From Lama guanicoe (lineage: Eukaryota), in NCBI GenBank assembly GCA_013239625.1, contig MU053559.1:434001-498000 (forward strand): a DNA stretch of 64,000 nt, read 5' to 3'. The position numbers and the translations under genes are program-made. This document shows positions 39,641 to 52,250 of the stretch, piece after piece. The notes beneath the pieces are model-generated. The model worked only from the letters and a program-made list of their open reading frames with translations. It did not search any database and was not told the origin of the DNA. The stretch's first letter is position 1; each line of letters opens with the position of its first letter.

Positions 39641-40122
39641 ATCACTCTTCAAAAAATATTTTACAAAATATGGCCCTCACAGAATTAGAGTCTGTGTGTA
39701 GCACTGACTTTGAGAAAGGGAGATGTTTATTTGACAGGTAATATTTTCAGGTGCTTTATAAATACTATTACACAATGGACTGAGTGAAATATTCATGATG
39801 GAGCAAGGTTTTAGTGGTAGAGAATTTTGTATTCCAGAATCTAGAGCACTGCAGTTGGAATGAACACTCAGCTTACAAGAATGGAAGTCATAAGGTTGGT
39901 GAGCTACTGTGTGTTTTGCCTTTATATACATTATTAACAATCCCAAAAGCTCATATGTAAGTCATACATTGTTAACTTGGTTTTACAAATGAGAAGACTG
40001 AGCTTTAGAGATGAAATAAAATGCCCAGGAAAAATTAAAGCCAAGTTTGTCTTATTCCTATGCTTATGCCCTGCTCCTGCCTCTCCATGTGACAAATGGC
40101 ATTGTCACAGACAAAAAGTCTT

Positions 40123-40670
40123 TGTATCAGTTATTTATTGCTATATAACAAATGACCTCAGAACGTAGTAGCTTAAAACAACATCCACAGTCAGGAATCT
40201 GGTCATAGCTTAATTGAGTCCTCTGGCTCAGGGTCTCTAACAGGTTGTAATCAAGATGTCAGCTGGGGCTGTAGTCTCATATGAAGGCTTGATTGATGAA
40301 GGACCTACTTCCAAGCTGACTCCTGTGGTGGTTGGCAGGTTTCAGTTCCTTGTGGGTTATCGGACTGAGGGCCTTGGTTCTGGGCCACATGGAGCTCTCT
40401 ATAGGGCATCTCATAACATGGCAGCTAGCGTCATCAGAATGAATAGAGAGCAGGCAAGAGAGAGTGTTGACAAGAGAGAATGCTAGTAAGCCAAAGTCAT
40501 AGTCTTTTGGAACCTAATCATAGAAATGGCATCCCAACACTTTTGCCATATTCTGTTTGTTAGATGCTAGTCGCTAGGTTCAGCCAACATCAAGTGGAGG
40601 GAATTCCACAAGGGTGTGACTATCAGAAGGCAGGGATCATTGGGAGCCATGTCAGAAACGGCCTACCACA
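40123..40670 (-). mobile_element. MaLR LTR (MLT1-type)
   Basis: tgtatcagttatttattgctatataacaaa...tagcttaaaacaac...cctaccaca. Confidence 0.72.
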
Positions 40671-40866
40671 GTCTAGTCTTTTTCTTGGTTCCAAAGTTCT
40701 GCTATTAAAGAACTTAATTTACTGTGAAATTGTTATTCTTATGTAAGAATAGGTAGAGAATAGATATACTCAACAACTTCCAACTTAATACATTTTAAAA
40801 ATGTATAATTTAGAATGTATCTTTAAAAAAGTAATGGAAATCAGTAAATAAAGAGAAATAACATCT

Positions 40867-41733
40867 AACCTGGAGGTCGCCATTCTAAGTGAAGCAAGCC
40901 AGAAAGAGAAAGAAAAATACCATATTGTAGGCCCCCGCCTGAAGGCTCTAGAGAATAAGCCATGGGCTGAACTGGTAAACAAGCTGTGAGAAATGTCTCA
41001 CAGTTTGCTGGATAAGAGATGGCCTATTTAATGTATCCAGTATGGACAGCTGGGTAGCCAGTGACAGGTAAGATCCTCAGAGGAGGAGAACCTAAGACAG
41101 GCACAGCCGGCTGGATAAGAGATGGCCTACTTAATGAAGTTTTGTGACGAACTTTAAAACAATCTGTCCTTGATCATGTAACATCCTGCGCTTACTGCAG
41201 GAGCCTGGGAACCTAAATAGCTTAAGATTATTAACACTGTTATAACTTAGATGGTATGTGAGGCATCATGCATGTCCTAGATAAACCCTTTTACAAGAAT
41301 CAATGAACAGAGAACTGCTTCGCTTCTCTCCGCACGGTGTTCGTGTGTACATATCGTGCCACCGACACCATATGCTATCACTCATATGTGGAATCTAAAA
41401 AAAGAAGATATTAATGAACTTGTCTACAAAACATCAACAGATTCACAGACATAGTAAACAATCTTATGGTTACTCGGGGGAAAAAGGGTGGGAAGGGATA
41501 AATTTGGGAGTTTGAGATTGACAAATATTAATTACTATATATAAAAATAGATAAAAAACACATTTCTTCTGTATAGCACAGGGAACCATATTCAATATCT
41601 TGTAGTAACCTATAATGAAAAATAATATGAAAATGAATATATATATGTATATGTATGACTGAAACATTATGCTGTACACCAGAAATTGACACATTGTAAC
41701 TGACTATATTTCAATAAAAATATGAAAAAAAGA
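40867..41733 (+). mobile_element. 5'-truncated L1 3' end hosting the solo LTR
   Basis: L1 3' UTR motifs (ctaagtgaag...atatgtggaatctaaaa); A tail; TSD aaagagaaata(a/c)catct 40850-40866 and 41734-41750. Confidence 0.88.
40926..41367 (+). mobile_element. Solo LTR (442 bp), probably class II/ERVK-like
   Basis: TGT...ACA termini; perfect 6-bp TSD CCATAT (40920-40925, 41368-41373); interrupts an L1 3' end; strand is tentative. Confidence 0.85.
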
Positions 41734-42599
41734 AAAGAGAAATACCATCTTTAGCTTCCAAATCAGCAAAGGAAAAAATCAAATGTGTGATGAGACAGTT
41801 CAGAAAACTATCAATCCAACACATAGTAGGAAAGAAAAAGGGGGAAAAGATAGTAAGCAGCAAACATAAGGTAGTAGAAACAAGTCCCAATACATAATCA
41901 ATCTAAAGAAATATAAAAGATCATACGCTTATTAAAGACAGATGTTGTACGATTGAACTGGTTATTGTTGTTAGTTCCGCTATAGACTGGTGACAAGAAA
42001 CACACCTAGAAGAAAACCGTGAAGAAAAGTTGAAAATGGAGGAATAGTAAAAGATATACCAAGGAAATATGAACCAAAAGAGAGTTGAAACGAAAAAAAA
42101 GAGAGAGAGAGTTGGATTACATAGCCAACTGCCTAGTAGACCTTGCCATTTTCATGTCCTCTGGGCATCTCAAACTCAACATGTCCAAAAGAGAAGGCAT
42201 CATGTCACAGAGAGACATTGCAATTGCTACTGGAATGGGATAAGCAAGAGGAAGATAGGAGGTTGGGAGTGGAGTCTGTGAAGGAGGATGTTTCTATCAA
42301 GTAACTGACTTCCAGAGGAAGAGAAGATGGAGTAGAGCTAGAGAAGAGGGAGAAAGAGGTTTTAGTATTGCTTCAGGTTTCATGGGAGCCATTTTATTTG
42401 CTGAAAGTAAAAGGCCAGTAGGGGATAGTTGACAGAAAGATCGCTGAGCTGGTAGGAGGCAAGGTCGGGATGGGGTGGTCAGAGCCCAGGGGAAGAATTG
42501 GATGGAAGAAAAGCCAACTCTGTCCCTCTGACTTGAGGCCAAGAGGTGAGACTGCAGCAGATGCAGCTAAGCTTGGGACATAGCACGGAGTGGTGACTC

Positions 42600-43185
42600 A
42601 GTGAGCTCAGGCGGGCTCCTAGAACAAATTACCACGGACCACTTGGCTTGACAAGCATTCGTTTCTCACACTTCTGGAGGCTGGAAGTCTGAGATCAGGG
42701 TGCCAACATGATCAGGGACTTGTGAATGCCCACTTCCTGGTTTACAGATGGCTGCTTTCTTGCTGTATCCTCACATGGCTGGGAGAGAGAGAGAGAGGTC
42801 ATCTTTCATGTCTCTTAATTTCTTTTTTAAAAATTTTTGTTTGTGGGTTTTTTTTTTTTGGTTTCTTTGGTTTTTTTTTTTTTTGGAGAGAGGGAGGGAG
42901 ATTAGGTTTATTTATTTAGTTAGTTATTTTAATGGAGGTACTGGGGATTGAACCCAGGATCTCGTGCATGCTAAGCATATGCTCTAGCACTGAGCTACAC
43001 CCTCCTCCCCTACACCCTCCTCCCCTCACTTAGTTTCTTATAAGGTCACTAATCCCATTCATGAAGGTTCTACCCTCATGAACTATTCACCTCCGAGAGG
43101 CCTCACCTCTTAATATCACATTGGAGATTAATTAGGGCTTTAACATATGAATTTTGAGGGGACACAAACATTCGGTCCCAAGCAA
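42600..43185 (-). mobile_element. MaLR LTR (MLT1A-like)
   Basis: tctcacacttctggaggctggaagtctgagatcagggtgcca...atgaattttgaggggacacaaacattc. Confidence 0.8.
42815..43026 (-). mobile_element. Vic-1-like SINE inside an MLT1 LTR
   Basis: tRNA-Ala head; 5' end ctacaccctcctcccc is duplicated. Confidence 0.87.
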
Positions 43186-43848
43186 GTGGTAAAAGCTGTT
43201 AGCTGAGGGGATTCCAATCTGTTGGCTTTATTCTCTCTGAGAAGCAAGAGTTGAAATTAATTGACAGGAATGAGGAGTTTAAAATGGCATAGTGGGGCTT
43301 CAAAAGAGGGAAGATGGTTTGGAATTATCCTCTTGGTGCATTTGAAGGGAGGCTACAAGAGATCCATAAAGGTTTGGGTTGCTGCGTGCAAAGGCCCAGA
43401 GGGCAGGCGTGGTGTCCCGCTCCCCTGGTATGTGGCACAGGGTGGAGCATAGCCCTACCTAAAGCTGGAACGTGAGTTGAGTATCATCAAATCATTATTT
43501 CCAACTAAAAAGCATGATGGAAAGTCTAGTAGATGGAAGTTTTTTAAACGAAAAAGTGACTGGTTTAAAGTACTTTCTAAAATGCTTGAATTGTAGAAAT
43601 CAACTATATTTCAATAAGTTAAAAGAAAAGAAAAGAAAATGCTTGAATTTTAGAGCTGAAAGGACCCTTAGCAACCATCCATGTCAGGAGGCAGACCCGT
43701 GGCATGCATAGCGTCACTCCTCACACCCACGCTCGGAGCAGACACTGATACTTGGGCTCAACCTGGGAATCTCATCCTTGCACTCTAGGCAGCTATTAGC
43801 AGGCTATCACGGTCAGCACCTGGGCTTAATTGTTAGCAATGTACCCAG

Positions 43849-44731
43849 GAGACATCCAGATGGCCAACAGGCAGATGAAAAGATGCTCAATATCTCTAAT
43901 TATCAGAGAAATGCAAATCAAAACTACAATGAGGTATCACTTCACACCAGTCAGAATGGCCATCATTCAAAAATCCACAAATGATAAATGCTGGAGAGGA
44001 TGTAAAGAAAAGGGAACCCTCCCACATCACTGGTGGGAATGTAAATTGGTGCAGCCACTATGGAGAACAGTATGGAGATTCCTTAAAAAACTAAAAATAG
44101 ACTTACCATATGGTCCAGCAATCCCACTCCTAGGCATATATCTGGAGGAAGCCCTAATTTGAAAAGATACATGCACCCCAATGTTCATAGCAGCACTATT
44201 TATAATAGCCAAGACATGGAAGCAAACTAAATGTCCATTGACAGATGACTGGGTAAAGAAGTTGTGGTATAGATATATACAATGGAATACTACTCAGCCA
44301 TAAAAACCGACAACATAATGCCATTTGCAGCAACATGGATGGTCCTGGAGAATGTCATTCTAAGTGAAGTAAGCCAGAAAGAAAAAGAAAAATACCATAT
44401 GATATCGCTTATATGTGGAATCTAAAAAAAAGGCACAAATGAACTTATATACAAAACAGAAACAGACTCACAGACACAGAAAACAAACTTATGGTTACCA
44501 GAGGGGAAAGGGGTTGGAGAGGGATAAAGTGGGAGTTTGGAATTAGCAGATACAAACAATATATATAAAAGAGATAAACAACAAGGTCCTACTGTATAGC
44601 AGAGGGAACTATATTCAATAGCTTATAATAAATGATAATGAAAAAGAGTATCTATATGTATAACTGAATCACTATGCTGCACACCAGAAACTAACACAAC
44701 ATTGTAAATCAACTCTACTTCAATTTTAAAA
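43849..44731 (+). mobile_element. 5'-truncated L1 (ORF2 C-terminus and 3' UTR)
   Basis: ORF 43830..44162 [29 protein letters not shown]...[14 protein letters not shown] aatgtacccag 43838-43848 and 44732-44742. Confidence 0.93.
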
Positions 44732-44733
44732 AA

Positions 44734-45375
44734 TGTACCCAGATTTTGTCTTTATTCAGGTATGGTGAGGCCAGCATATCAGATGATTGTCATTGCAAGT
44801 ATAGTTTGTTACCCATAGTTCCCAAGAGGAAGGGGGACATCCTGCCATTCAAGGCCACATGGGGAAGCACCAGGGTTGGTCAGGAAGCAGGAGTGGGGAA
44901 GCATGAGAGAGAGCCTTAATTGTGGGTTTCACGGACGGAATGGGCTGAGCAAGGTTGGCAAACTAAGCAAGTTTAGGATTGCGTAGTTCGAATAATTTGG
45001 GGTTTTGAGCTATAGGCTGGTCCCTAGTTGCCAGATACCCAGCCCTGGGGTATTTAGGGCTGGGAGATTCCTGGCCTGGTACAGAAAATTTAGATAAAGG
45101 AGATGGTTGGGGGTATGGATTTGGGGTTGGTTAGACTGCATATCAAAGGAGGTGGTTGGGGGTATGGATTTGGGGTTGGTTAGACTGCATATCAAAGGAG
45201 GTGGTTGGGGGTATGGATTTGGGATTGGTTAGACTGCATATCAAAGGAGTGCTTGAGGTCTGTTGTTTGCTATCTCTAGGAGTTAGCCAGTTTTTGGAGG
45301 GTGGTCTCTCCCAGATTAGCAAGGCCCCAAGATGTCAAAGCATCATAAAATACAGAAAGTAAAAAACATGACTAG
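44734..45375. mobile_element. ERVL-type LTR (MER76-like) containing a 49-bp tandem repeat
   Basis: tgtacccagattttgtctttattcagg...agttcccaagaggaagggg; family name recalled from memory. Confidence 0.55.
45096..45249. repeat. 49-bp minisatellite, about 3.1 copies
   Basis: tggttgggggtatggatttggggttggttagactgcatatcaaaggag at 45104, 45153 and 45202. Confidence 0.95.
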
Positions 45376-45379
45376 GATA

Positions 45380-45617
45380 CATTAGGAGTTTGGGATTAAC
45401 ATACACCCCACTATACATAAAACAGGTAAACAATAAGGACCTACTGTATAGAACAGGGAACTATAGTCAATATCTTATAATAACCTATGATGGAAATGAA
45501 TATGAAAAAGAATATATATGTATATATATAACTGAATCTCTTTGCTATGAAACTAACACAACATTGTAAATCAACTATACTTCAATAATAAGTGTTTAAA
45601 AAAAACCAAAACCATAC
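45380..45617 (+). mobile_element. L1 3' end
   Basis: aggagtttgggattaac...aactatacttcaat with A tail; aaaaaacatgac duplicated on both sides. Confidence 0.8.
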
Positions 45618-45845
45618 AAAAAACATGACAAGTACATAAATCTACTTCCGTCCCTGTTAACTGTAACCCTTTCATGAAAGAAGTAGAAGCCTAAGGCACA
45701 GGAGAGCGAGGTGATGCATGCAGAGTGAAGTAACCAGGTAGCGGCTGAGACGTCTAGATGTGTCACCTCAGTTGACTCTATCCTCACTTTTCCCCCATTT
45801 TCCCCCATTTCTCCAGCTCACTCATTGCTGATGGATCCAATTCAT

Positions 45846-46077
45846 CTTGAGTGTCACGGCCTCCTGTGCAAAATGGACAGAAATTGCTCTGCAAAAGCCA
45901 AAGCAGCTTTGATGCATCTCTCAAAACAGGATTGATGCCACTCAGGGAAGAAGGATCTCCTAATTTGCCTTGAGTGTCACGGCCTCCTGTGCAAAATGGA
46001 CAGAAATTGCTTTGCAAAAGCCAAAGCAGCTTTGATGCATCTCTCAAAACAGGATTGATGCCACTCAGGGAAGAAGG
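45846..46077. repeat. 109-bp direct repeat, two copies with a 14-bp spacer
   Basis: 45846-45954 and 45969-46077, one mismatch. Confidence 0.95.
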
Positions 46078-46509
46078 CTCTCACACATGTGCCCTTGAAG
46101 TTAGAAATTTCCACCAATGCTTTTCGTTCACGTCTCTGAAACTCTCCCAACAATATCTTTTGTTCTAAATGGGTCTTTGAAATATTTCAATTATTATTAA
46201 AAAATTTAATAATAAACACGTTTCAAGACCTGCTTTAACTCTCTTGTATTTGTCATATTCATTGATTTAATCTTCACAGCAACCCTATGAGGTCATAACT
46301 ATTACTATCCCTTTTTAAAAGATAAAGAAAAGTATGGCACAGAGACATTAAGTCACTTGGACAGACAGTAAGTGACAGAACCATAAATCAAACCAAAGCT
46401 ACTGATTCTAGAATCCCTCTCCTTACCACCATACACTGTGTCTGCAGAAATTTTGTTTCGATTGCCAAGAAAGGTTTAGAAGTTGCTTGTTTTCTTAAAA
46501 AAATAAAGG

Positions 46510-47115
46510 TAGGGGCATATATCTGGAGAAAAATATAATTCAAAAAGACACATGCACCCCAATTTTCACAGCAGCACAATTTACAATAGCCAAGACATGG
46601 AAACAACCTAATTTTCCAACAACAGGTGATTGGATAAAGAAGCTGCGGTATATTTATACAATGGAATACTACTCAGACTTAAAAAAAGAATAAAATAATG
46701 CCATTTGCGGCAACATGGATGGACCTGGAGCTCGTCATTCTAAGTAAGGCGGAAAGAGAAATTAAAAAAAAAAACATATGACATTGTTTATATGTGGAAT
46801 CTTAAAAAAGACACAAGTGAGCTTATTTACAAAACAGAAACAGACTTACAGACATAGAGAATAAACTTACGGTTACCAGAGGAGAAAGAGGGTGGGAAGG
46901 AACAAATTGGGAGTTGGAAATTTGCACCTCCTGGGGAATGATAGAAATGTTAGCTGTCTTGATTGTGGTGGTTTCATAGATGTGTACACCTATCAAAATT
47001 CATCAAATTGTGCATCTGAAATATGTGTAGTTTACTGTATAGAAATTATACCACAATAAAGTTGTTTAAAATTTTTTAGACTATACTTCAATTTAAAAAA
47101 AGGTCAAAGCAAAAA
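46510..47115 (+). mobile_element. L1 ORF2 end and 3' UTR
   Basis: catgcaccccaat...aatagccaagacatggaaacaaccta...atggaatactactcag. Confidence 0.85.
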
Positions 47116-47159
47116 AATAAAATGCAGGAATTCAATAAAATGATCCATTGGCAAATATA

Positions 47160-48505
47160 AAAAAAAGATGATCAAAAGAATGAGAAGACAAACTATAGAC
47201 TGGGAGAAAATATTTGCAAAAGACATATCTGATAAAGGGTTGTTATCCCAAATTACAAAGGCCTCTTAAAACTCAACAATAAGAAAATAAGTTAGCTAAA
47301 CTTATAGTGGTCATCATTTCTCAGTGAATACATGTATCAAGTCATTATGTTGTACACCTAAAATTAATACAGAGGGATATGTCAATTATATTTCAATTTA
47401 AAAAATACTAATTCAATTTTTTTTAAAAAAGGAAATGAACAACCTGATCCAAAAATGGGCCAAAGACCTGAGCAGACACCTCACCAAAGAAAATATACAG
47501 AAGGCAAATAAGCATATGAAAAGATGCTGCACATCATACGTCATCAAGGAATGCAAATGCAAACAACAATGAGATACCACCACACGTCTACTAGAATGGC
47601 AAAATCCAGACCACTGACAACACCAAATGCTGGCAAGGATGTGGAGCAACAGGAACCTTCATTCATTGCCAGTGGGAATGCAAAATGGTACAGACACTTT
47701 GGAAGACAGTTTGGCTGATTCTTCCAAAACTAAGGAGTTGAAAATTGATGTCCACACAAAAACCTGCACATGTATGTTTACAGCAGCTTTATTCATAACC
47801 ACCAAAACGTAGAAGCAACCACAATTGTCCTTCAGTAGGTGACTGGATAAATAAACTGTGGTCCATCCAGACAGTAGAGTATTATTCAGCACTCAAAAGA
47901 AATGAACTATCAAGCCATGAAAAGCCATGAATGAAACTTAAATGCATGTTACTAAATGAAACAAGCCAATCTGAAAAGGCTTCCTACTGTATGGTTCCAA
48001 CTATCTGACACTCTGGAAAAGGCAAAATATAGAGACAGTAAAAAGATCAGTGGTTGCCAGGGGTTGGGATGGAAGGAGGGATGAATAGGTGGAACACAGA
48101 AGATTTTGGTTTTGTTTTTTGTTTTTTTTGGAGCAGAGAGAGGTTTATTGCAGGGCTGAGCAAGAACAGGTGGTTCGTGCTCAAAAAATCCCAAACTCAG
48201 CACAGAAGATTTTTAGGGCAGTGGAGATACTCCATATGATACTCTAATGGTGGATACATGTCATTATACATTTGTCCAAACCCACAGAATGTACAACACC
48301 AAGAGTGAACCCTAATGTAAACTATGGACTTTGGGTGATTATGTTGTGTCTGTGTAGCTTCATCGATTGTATCATGTACCACTCTGGTGGGGGTGTTGAT
48401 TGTGGGTGAGGCTGTGTGTTGGGGGACAGGAGATCCATGGGTACTTTCTGCTCAATTCTGCTGTGAACCTGCAACTGCTCTAAAAAATAGTCTTTTTAAA
48501 AAAAA
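47160..48505 (+). mobile_element. Older L1 (L1MA/MB/MC-like) 3' part with nested insertions
   Basis: ORF 47524..47718 [18 protein letters not shown]; 3' UTR with gtgaaccctaatgtaaactatggact. Confidence 0.8.
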
Positions 48506-49472
48506 AAGATTAATTTCAAAACAATTTCATAGTCATTGTAGGCATATTGGCATCCTGAGATGATAAACGCGGTTATGATTAAAAACAAGGTTATAGTTAT
48601 GATCGGTTAAAATGATACGCTTTGTAGCAAACTCTTCCCTCCAAAAAAAAAAAATCCCTGAACTGTAAATTTGTAAGCATTAATCAAACTGAATGACTCT
48701 ACAGTAAAAATTGTCCGCCATTCTTTCCAAAAGGAGGATGCTAAATGGGTACAAAGGAAGCCACTTCTCTTTTGTCTCATTCATTTATTTCCCGCACAGA
48801 TGGGCAGTTCTTAAATGGTCTTTGATGGTGTTTGTCTGACACCATTAATTCTTGTCATTCAATGTTTTTTTTTTCTTTTTCTCTTTCAGTTCTTTGTATG
48901 GGAAGAGAGGTAAAACAAAGAGTGTACCCCAGACCTGGCCCTGGGAGTCTTCTCAGCCTTCTGTTAAATCGCTGGCTTTCTAATTGGGCGACAGCTGGGG
49001 AGAAGTCCTGCTGCTCACCCCCCACCTCCCTTCCCGGCGCCCCCCTCCTCGCTGCCCCCGGATGCCCTGCGCCTGGCGCCACCCTTCACGCTCCTGTAAG
49101 GGATGCGACGTGAGCGCCCCAAACCGCATCTGTTACCACCTTTCACAGAGCGGCCTCCCAAAGGACGCCTGTTAGCAACGCCTGGGCGAAGAAGAGATTC
49201 CTGCTGCCACCTTCTGGGAAAATGAATAAGCAAAGTCAATGTTTGCTTGGAACCCAAGCGGAAAAACATCTTGGGATCTTGCTGATGATTCCTCTTTTCA
49301 TTAATCCCTTTAAACCATTGGACCCGTGTTTGAAATCTCCAGGGTAGGAATAGCATCCGTTTTAGGTCTTAATCAGCCACTGAATTCTACCGCTTTCGCT
49401 TGGCTGCAAGTTCTCCAATGATTCCCAGGAGATTAGAAATTGTTTTCCAAAATATATTTATTGAATACCTTT

Positions 49473-49610
49473 GGGGAGAGGGTAACTCAGTGGTAGAGCG
49501 TATGCTTAGCATGCACGAGGTCCTGGGTACAATCCCCAGGACTTCCATTAAAAAAAAAAAGTACATGAATAGACCCAATGATTTCCTCCCTCCAGGAGAA
49601 CAAACAAACA
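49473..49610 (+). mobile_element. Vic-1-like SINE
   Basis: tRNA-Ala head and tail. Confidence 0.87.
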
Positions 49611-50384
49611 GCTGTAAATGCGTTTGGGCACCTGCAGTTTGCCATACAATGTGGAAGGAGCCTGGAACAGGCTTGGCCTCTCCTCCAAAATTTCATCATC
49701 GAGAAAGGGCACAGGAGCGCAAGATAAAGGGCAGAATCGGGGCGAACCGATACAGGTAGACAGTTACTCATATTTAACACATTCTGACCAGAGACACATA
49801 CATTTTGGAAACAGAAAGCAAAGAACGAGGCCGCCGGAGAAAAAAATTTTGACAAAAGCCGATGCAATTAAATCCCACGTAATTAATTAAACAAGGTTCC
49901 CTTAGCCCAGAGTCTAAGTTTTCCTATATTATATTCTTTCTGTCATGAGCATGATCATTTTTTTTTTACTGTCACATTACATGTTATTTACTTCTTGGCA
50001 GCTACTACCTAGATAATATGTCTTTGTGATCGCCTTCGGTTCTCATTCCACTGTCTCCGGAATACTTGTCCTTTTCTCTGTTTCTGTGTGTTTGTGAGGC
50101 CGCAGGAGAGGATGCTAAGCCCGGGCCTCACAGCAGAAAACATAAAATAAGACACTTAATATTCACTTTCTTGGAAGTCCTCTCCGCTCCAGACGAAGGA
50201 GGCTGCTGCCGCCCCCAGGACACCTGAGCCGGGCGCTGCTACCTCCCGCCTCCCATTCTTTTCATTCCTCCAAGATTGCCTCTGGCCATGTCCTGGAGGC
50301 AAGCGACAGTATGCTATTACGATCAGTTTTCCTATTGTCCCCTTAGCAGAATCCACCCTTCTGCAAAGATTGCAATTTATTTAA

Positions 50385-50740
50385 TTTATTTTTTTATTTT
50401 TCTCTTCTCCTGGTTTTTTTGTCCCCCCCTCCCCGGGGGGGTGTAATTAGGTTTGTTTGTTTATTTGTTTGTTTGTTTATACACCTTAAAAAATTCTTTC
50501 CTTCCAGTTTTTTAAAAATTGAGATAAAATTGACAGACCGCATTGTATGGGGGGGGGAATAGGTTTTATTTATTTGTTTATTTTCAATGGTGATACTGGG
50601 GATTGAACCCAGGACCTTGTGCTTGCTAGGAACGCACTCTACCACTGAGCTATCTCCTTCCCCCTAATTGTTTTTTTAATGGACGCACTGGGGACCTCCT
50701 GCATGCTAGGCATGTACACTACCACTGAGCTATATACCCT
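50385..50740 (-). mobile_element. Cluster of Vic-1-like SINEs (one with doubled tail, one partial)
   Basis: Heads at ~50585-50664 and ~50675-50740; tail motif repeated at ~50430 and ~50550. Confidence 0.8.
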
Positions 50741-51109
50741 GTGCCCAAATGTTGCCACTTTTTAGAGGCAATATGGAGAACTTTATTATAAATTATTAAT
50801 TTATGAGAAGCATTTATTATAAATGATTTTAGTTTAAAATGAAACACTTTACTATAAATAAGTTATGATAAACGATTTTGTGATAAATGATTAATTCATG
50901 ATAAGTATTACATGTATTTTTGAAGTGTAAGATAATTTAAATACATAACACGGACACTAGACAAATTTTTGATGGATTAATGAATCTCCCCCTTCTCCTG
51001 CAAGCAAACAGGATCCTCATGTCTGTGTATGTGTGGGAAGGATTAGACATTGTCCAACTGTCAATTTTACCAAGTTAGAAACTTAACAATCTAATAAAGA
51101 CTCAACTTC

Positions 51110-51200
51110 TTTTTTTTTTTTTGGTAAAGATTTAACCCAGGACCTGGTACATGCTAAACATGCCCTCTACCTCTGAGCTATTACCCCCGGCCCCACCCCC
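51110..51200 (-). mobile_element. Partial Vic-1-like SINE
   Basis: aacccaggacctggtacatgctaaacatgccctctacctctgagcta. Confidence 0.7.
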
Positions 51201-52009
51201 AAAGCGTCAACTTCTAACTATTCTCCCCATGTTTTTAAGGAAGAAAGAAAAAAATGTTTTACATTAAAAAAAAAACTAGAAAGGACATAATCTTAGAATA
51301 TAGCCTCTTCATCCTGTAGGGCCCCAGAGATCCAGAGAAGGAAGCAAGAATAGGGTGAAGATGTCAAAGACTGAGCAGGAAGAAGAGAAGAAAGGTAAGG
51401 AGAAGTCATCCTCTTTTTCCGATCATGTAGGATGGGACATCTGTTGGAAGGATAAAAGAAATAAGCTTAGGGGTAGTGGGAAAACTTTGGGAGACCTTTT
51501 GAGGGAAATGGGTGTTTATTTCCAAAGGCCAACAAATGGTGTCTTTGATGATATTAAGGCCCCATAGCACCTGTGATCCCCTCCTGGTTTCAGAAATTGG
51601 TGCAGCTGCACCTCGCTTGTTATTGGTGATGATTTGGGGAGAAACAGGGAAATAGCACAGAAACCATGGTCTATTTGTGGAAGCCTGGAAGAGTCTGATT
51701 TCAAGCCAAGAGAATGCAGTATTTTGTTGCCAAGATCCCTAGAAAAGCTCTCAATTCTAATAGCAGGTCCTTGAGGAAGTCAATAGTCTTTGGTCGGGAG
51801 AACACTGATGGCAGCAGCATCTCCCAGCCCTCCTTTCTCATCTGGCTTATCTTCCAGGCACACACTGTGGTTGGTGTTGCTGCAGCTGCTGGGGCAAGAT
51901 AAAGCCCGTCCATTTCTCCTGCCTCTGGGTCCAATTTTTTATAGCTTCATCAAGGTATAATTTACATGTCATAATATTCACTCATTGTAAGCGTACAATT
52001 CAATGATTT

Positions 52010-52250
52010 ATTTTATTTTACTTTAATTGAAGTATAGTCAGTTTACAATGTTGTGTCAATTTCTGGTGTACAGCATAATGTTTCAGTCATATATGTACAT
52101 ATATATTTCTTTTCATCTTTCACTGTAGGTTACTACAGGATATTGAATATAGTTCCCTGTGCTATACAGAAGAAACTTGTTCATCTATTTTATATATAGT
52201 AGCTAATATTTGCAAATCTCAAACTCCCAACTTATCCCCTCCCACTCTCT
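52010..52250 (-). mobile_element. Younger L1 3' end nested in the old L1
   Basis: aattgaagtatagtcagtttacaatg...; ttcaatgattt duplicated on both sides. Confidence 0.8.

Noticed and set aside
45096..46077. CRISPR-like or other prokaryotic repeat array
   Set aside because: Mammalian DNA; these are tandem duplications without a series of unique spacers or cas genes
49860..49940. Possible Pol III type-3 promoter (octamer-like, PSE-like, TATA)
   Set aside because: Poor PSE match, wrong spacing and no recognisable RNA downstream
51300..51934. Possible pseudogene in ORFs 51355-51934
   Set aside because: No protein recognised; may be a decayed LTR-element interior, but I cannot support a call
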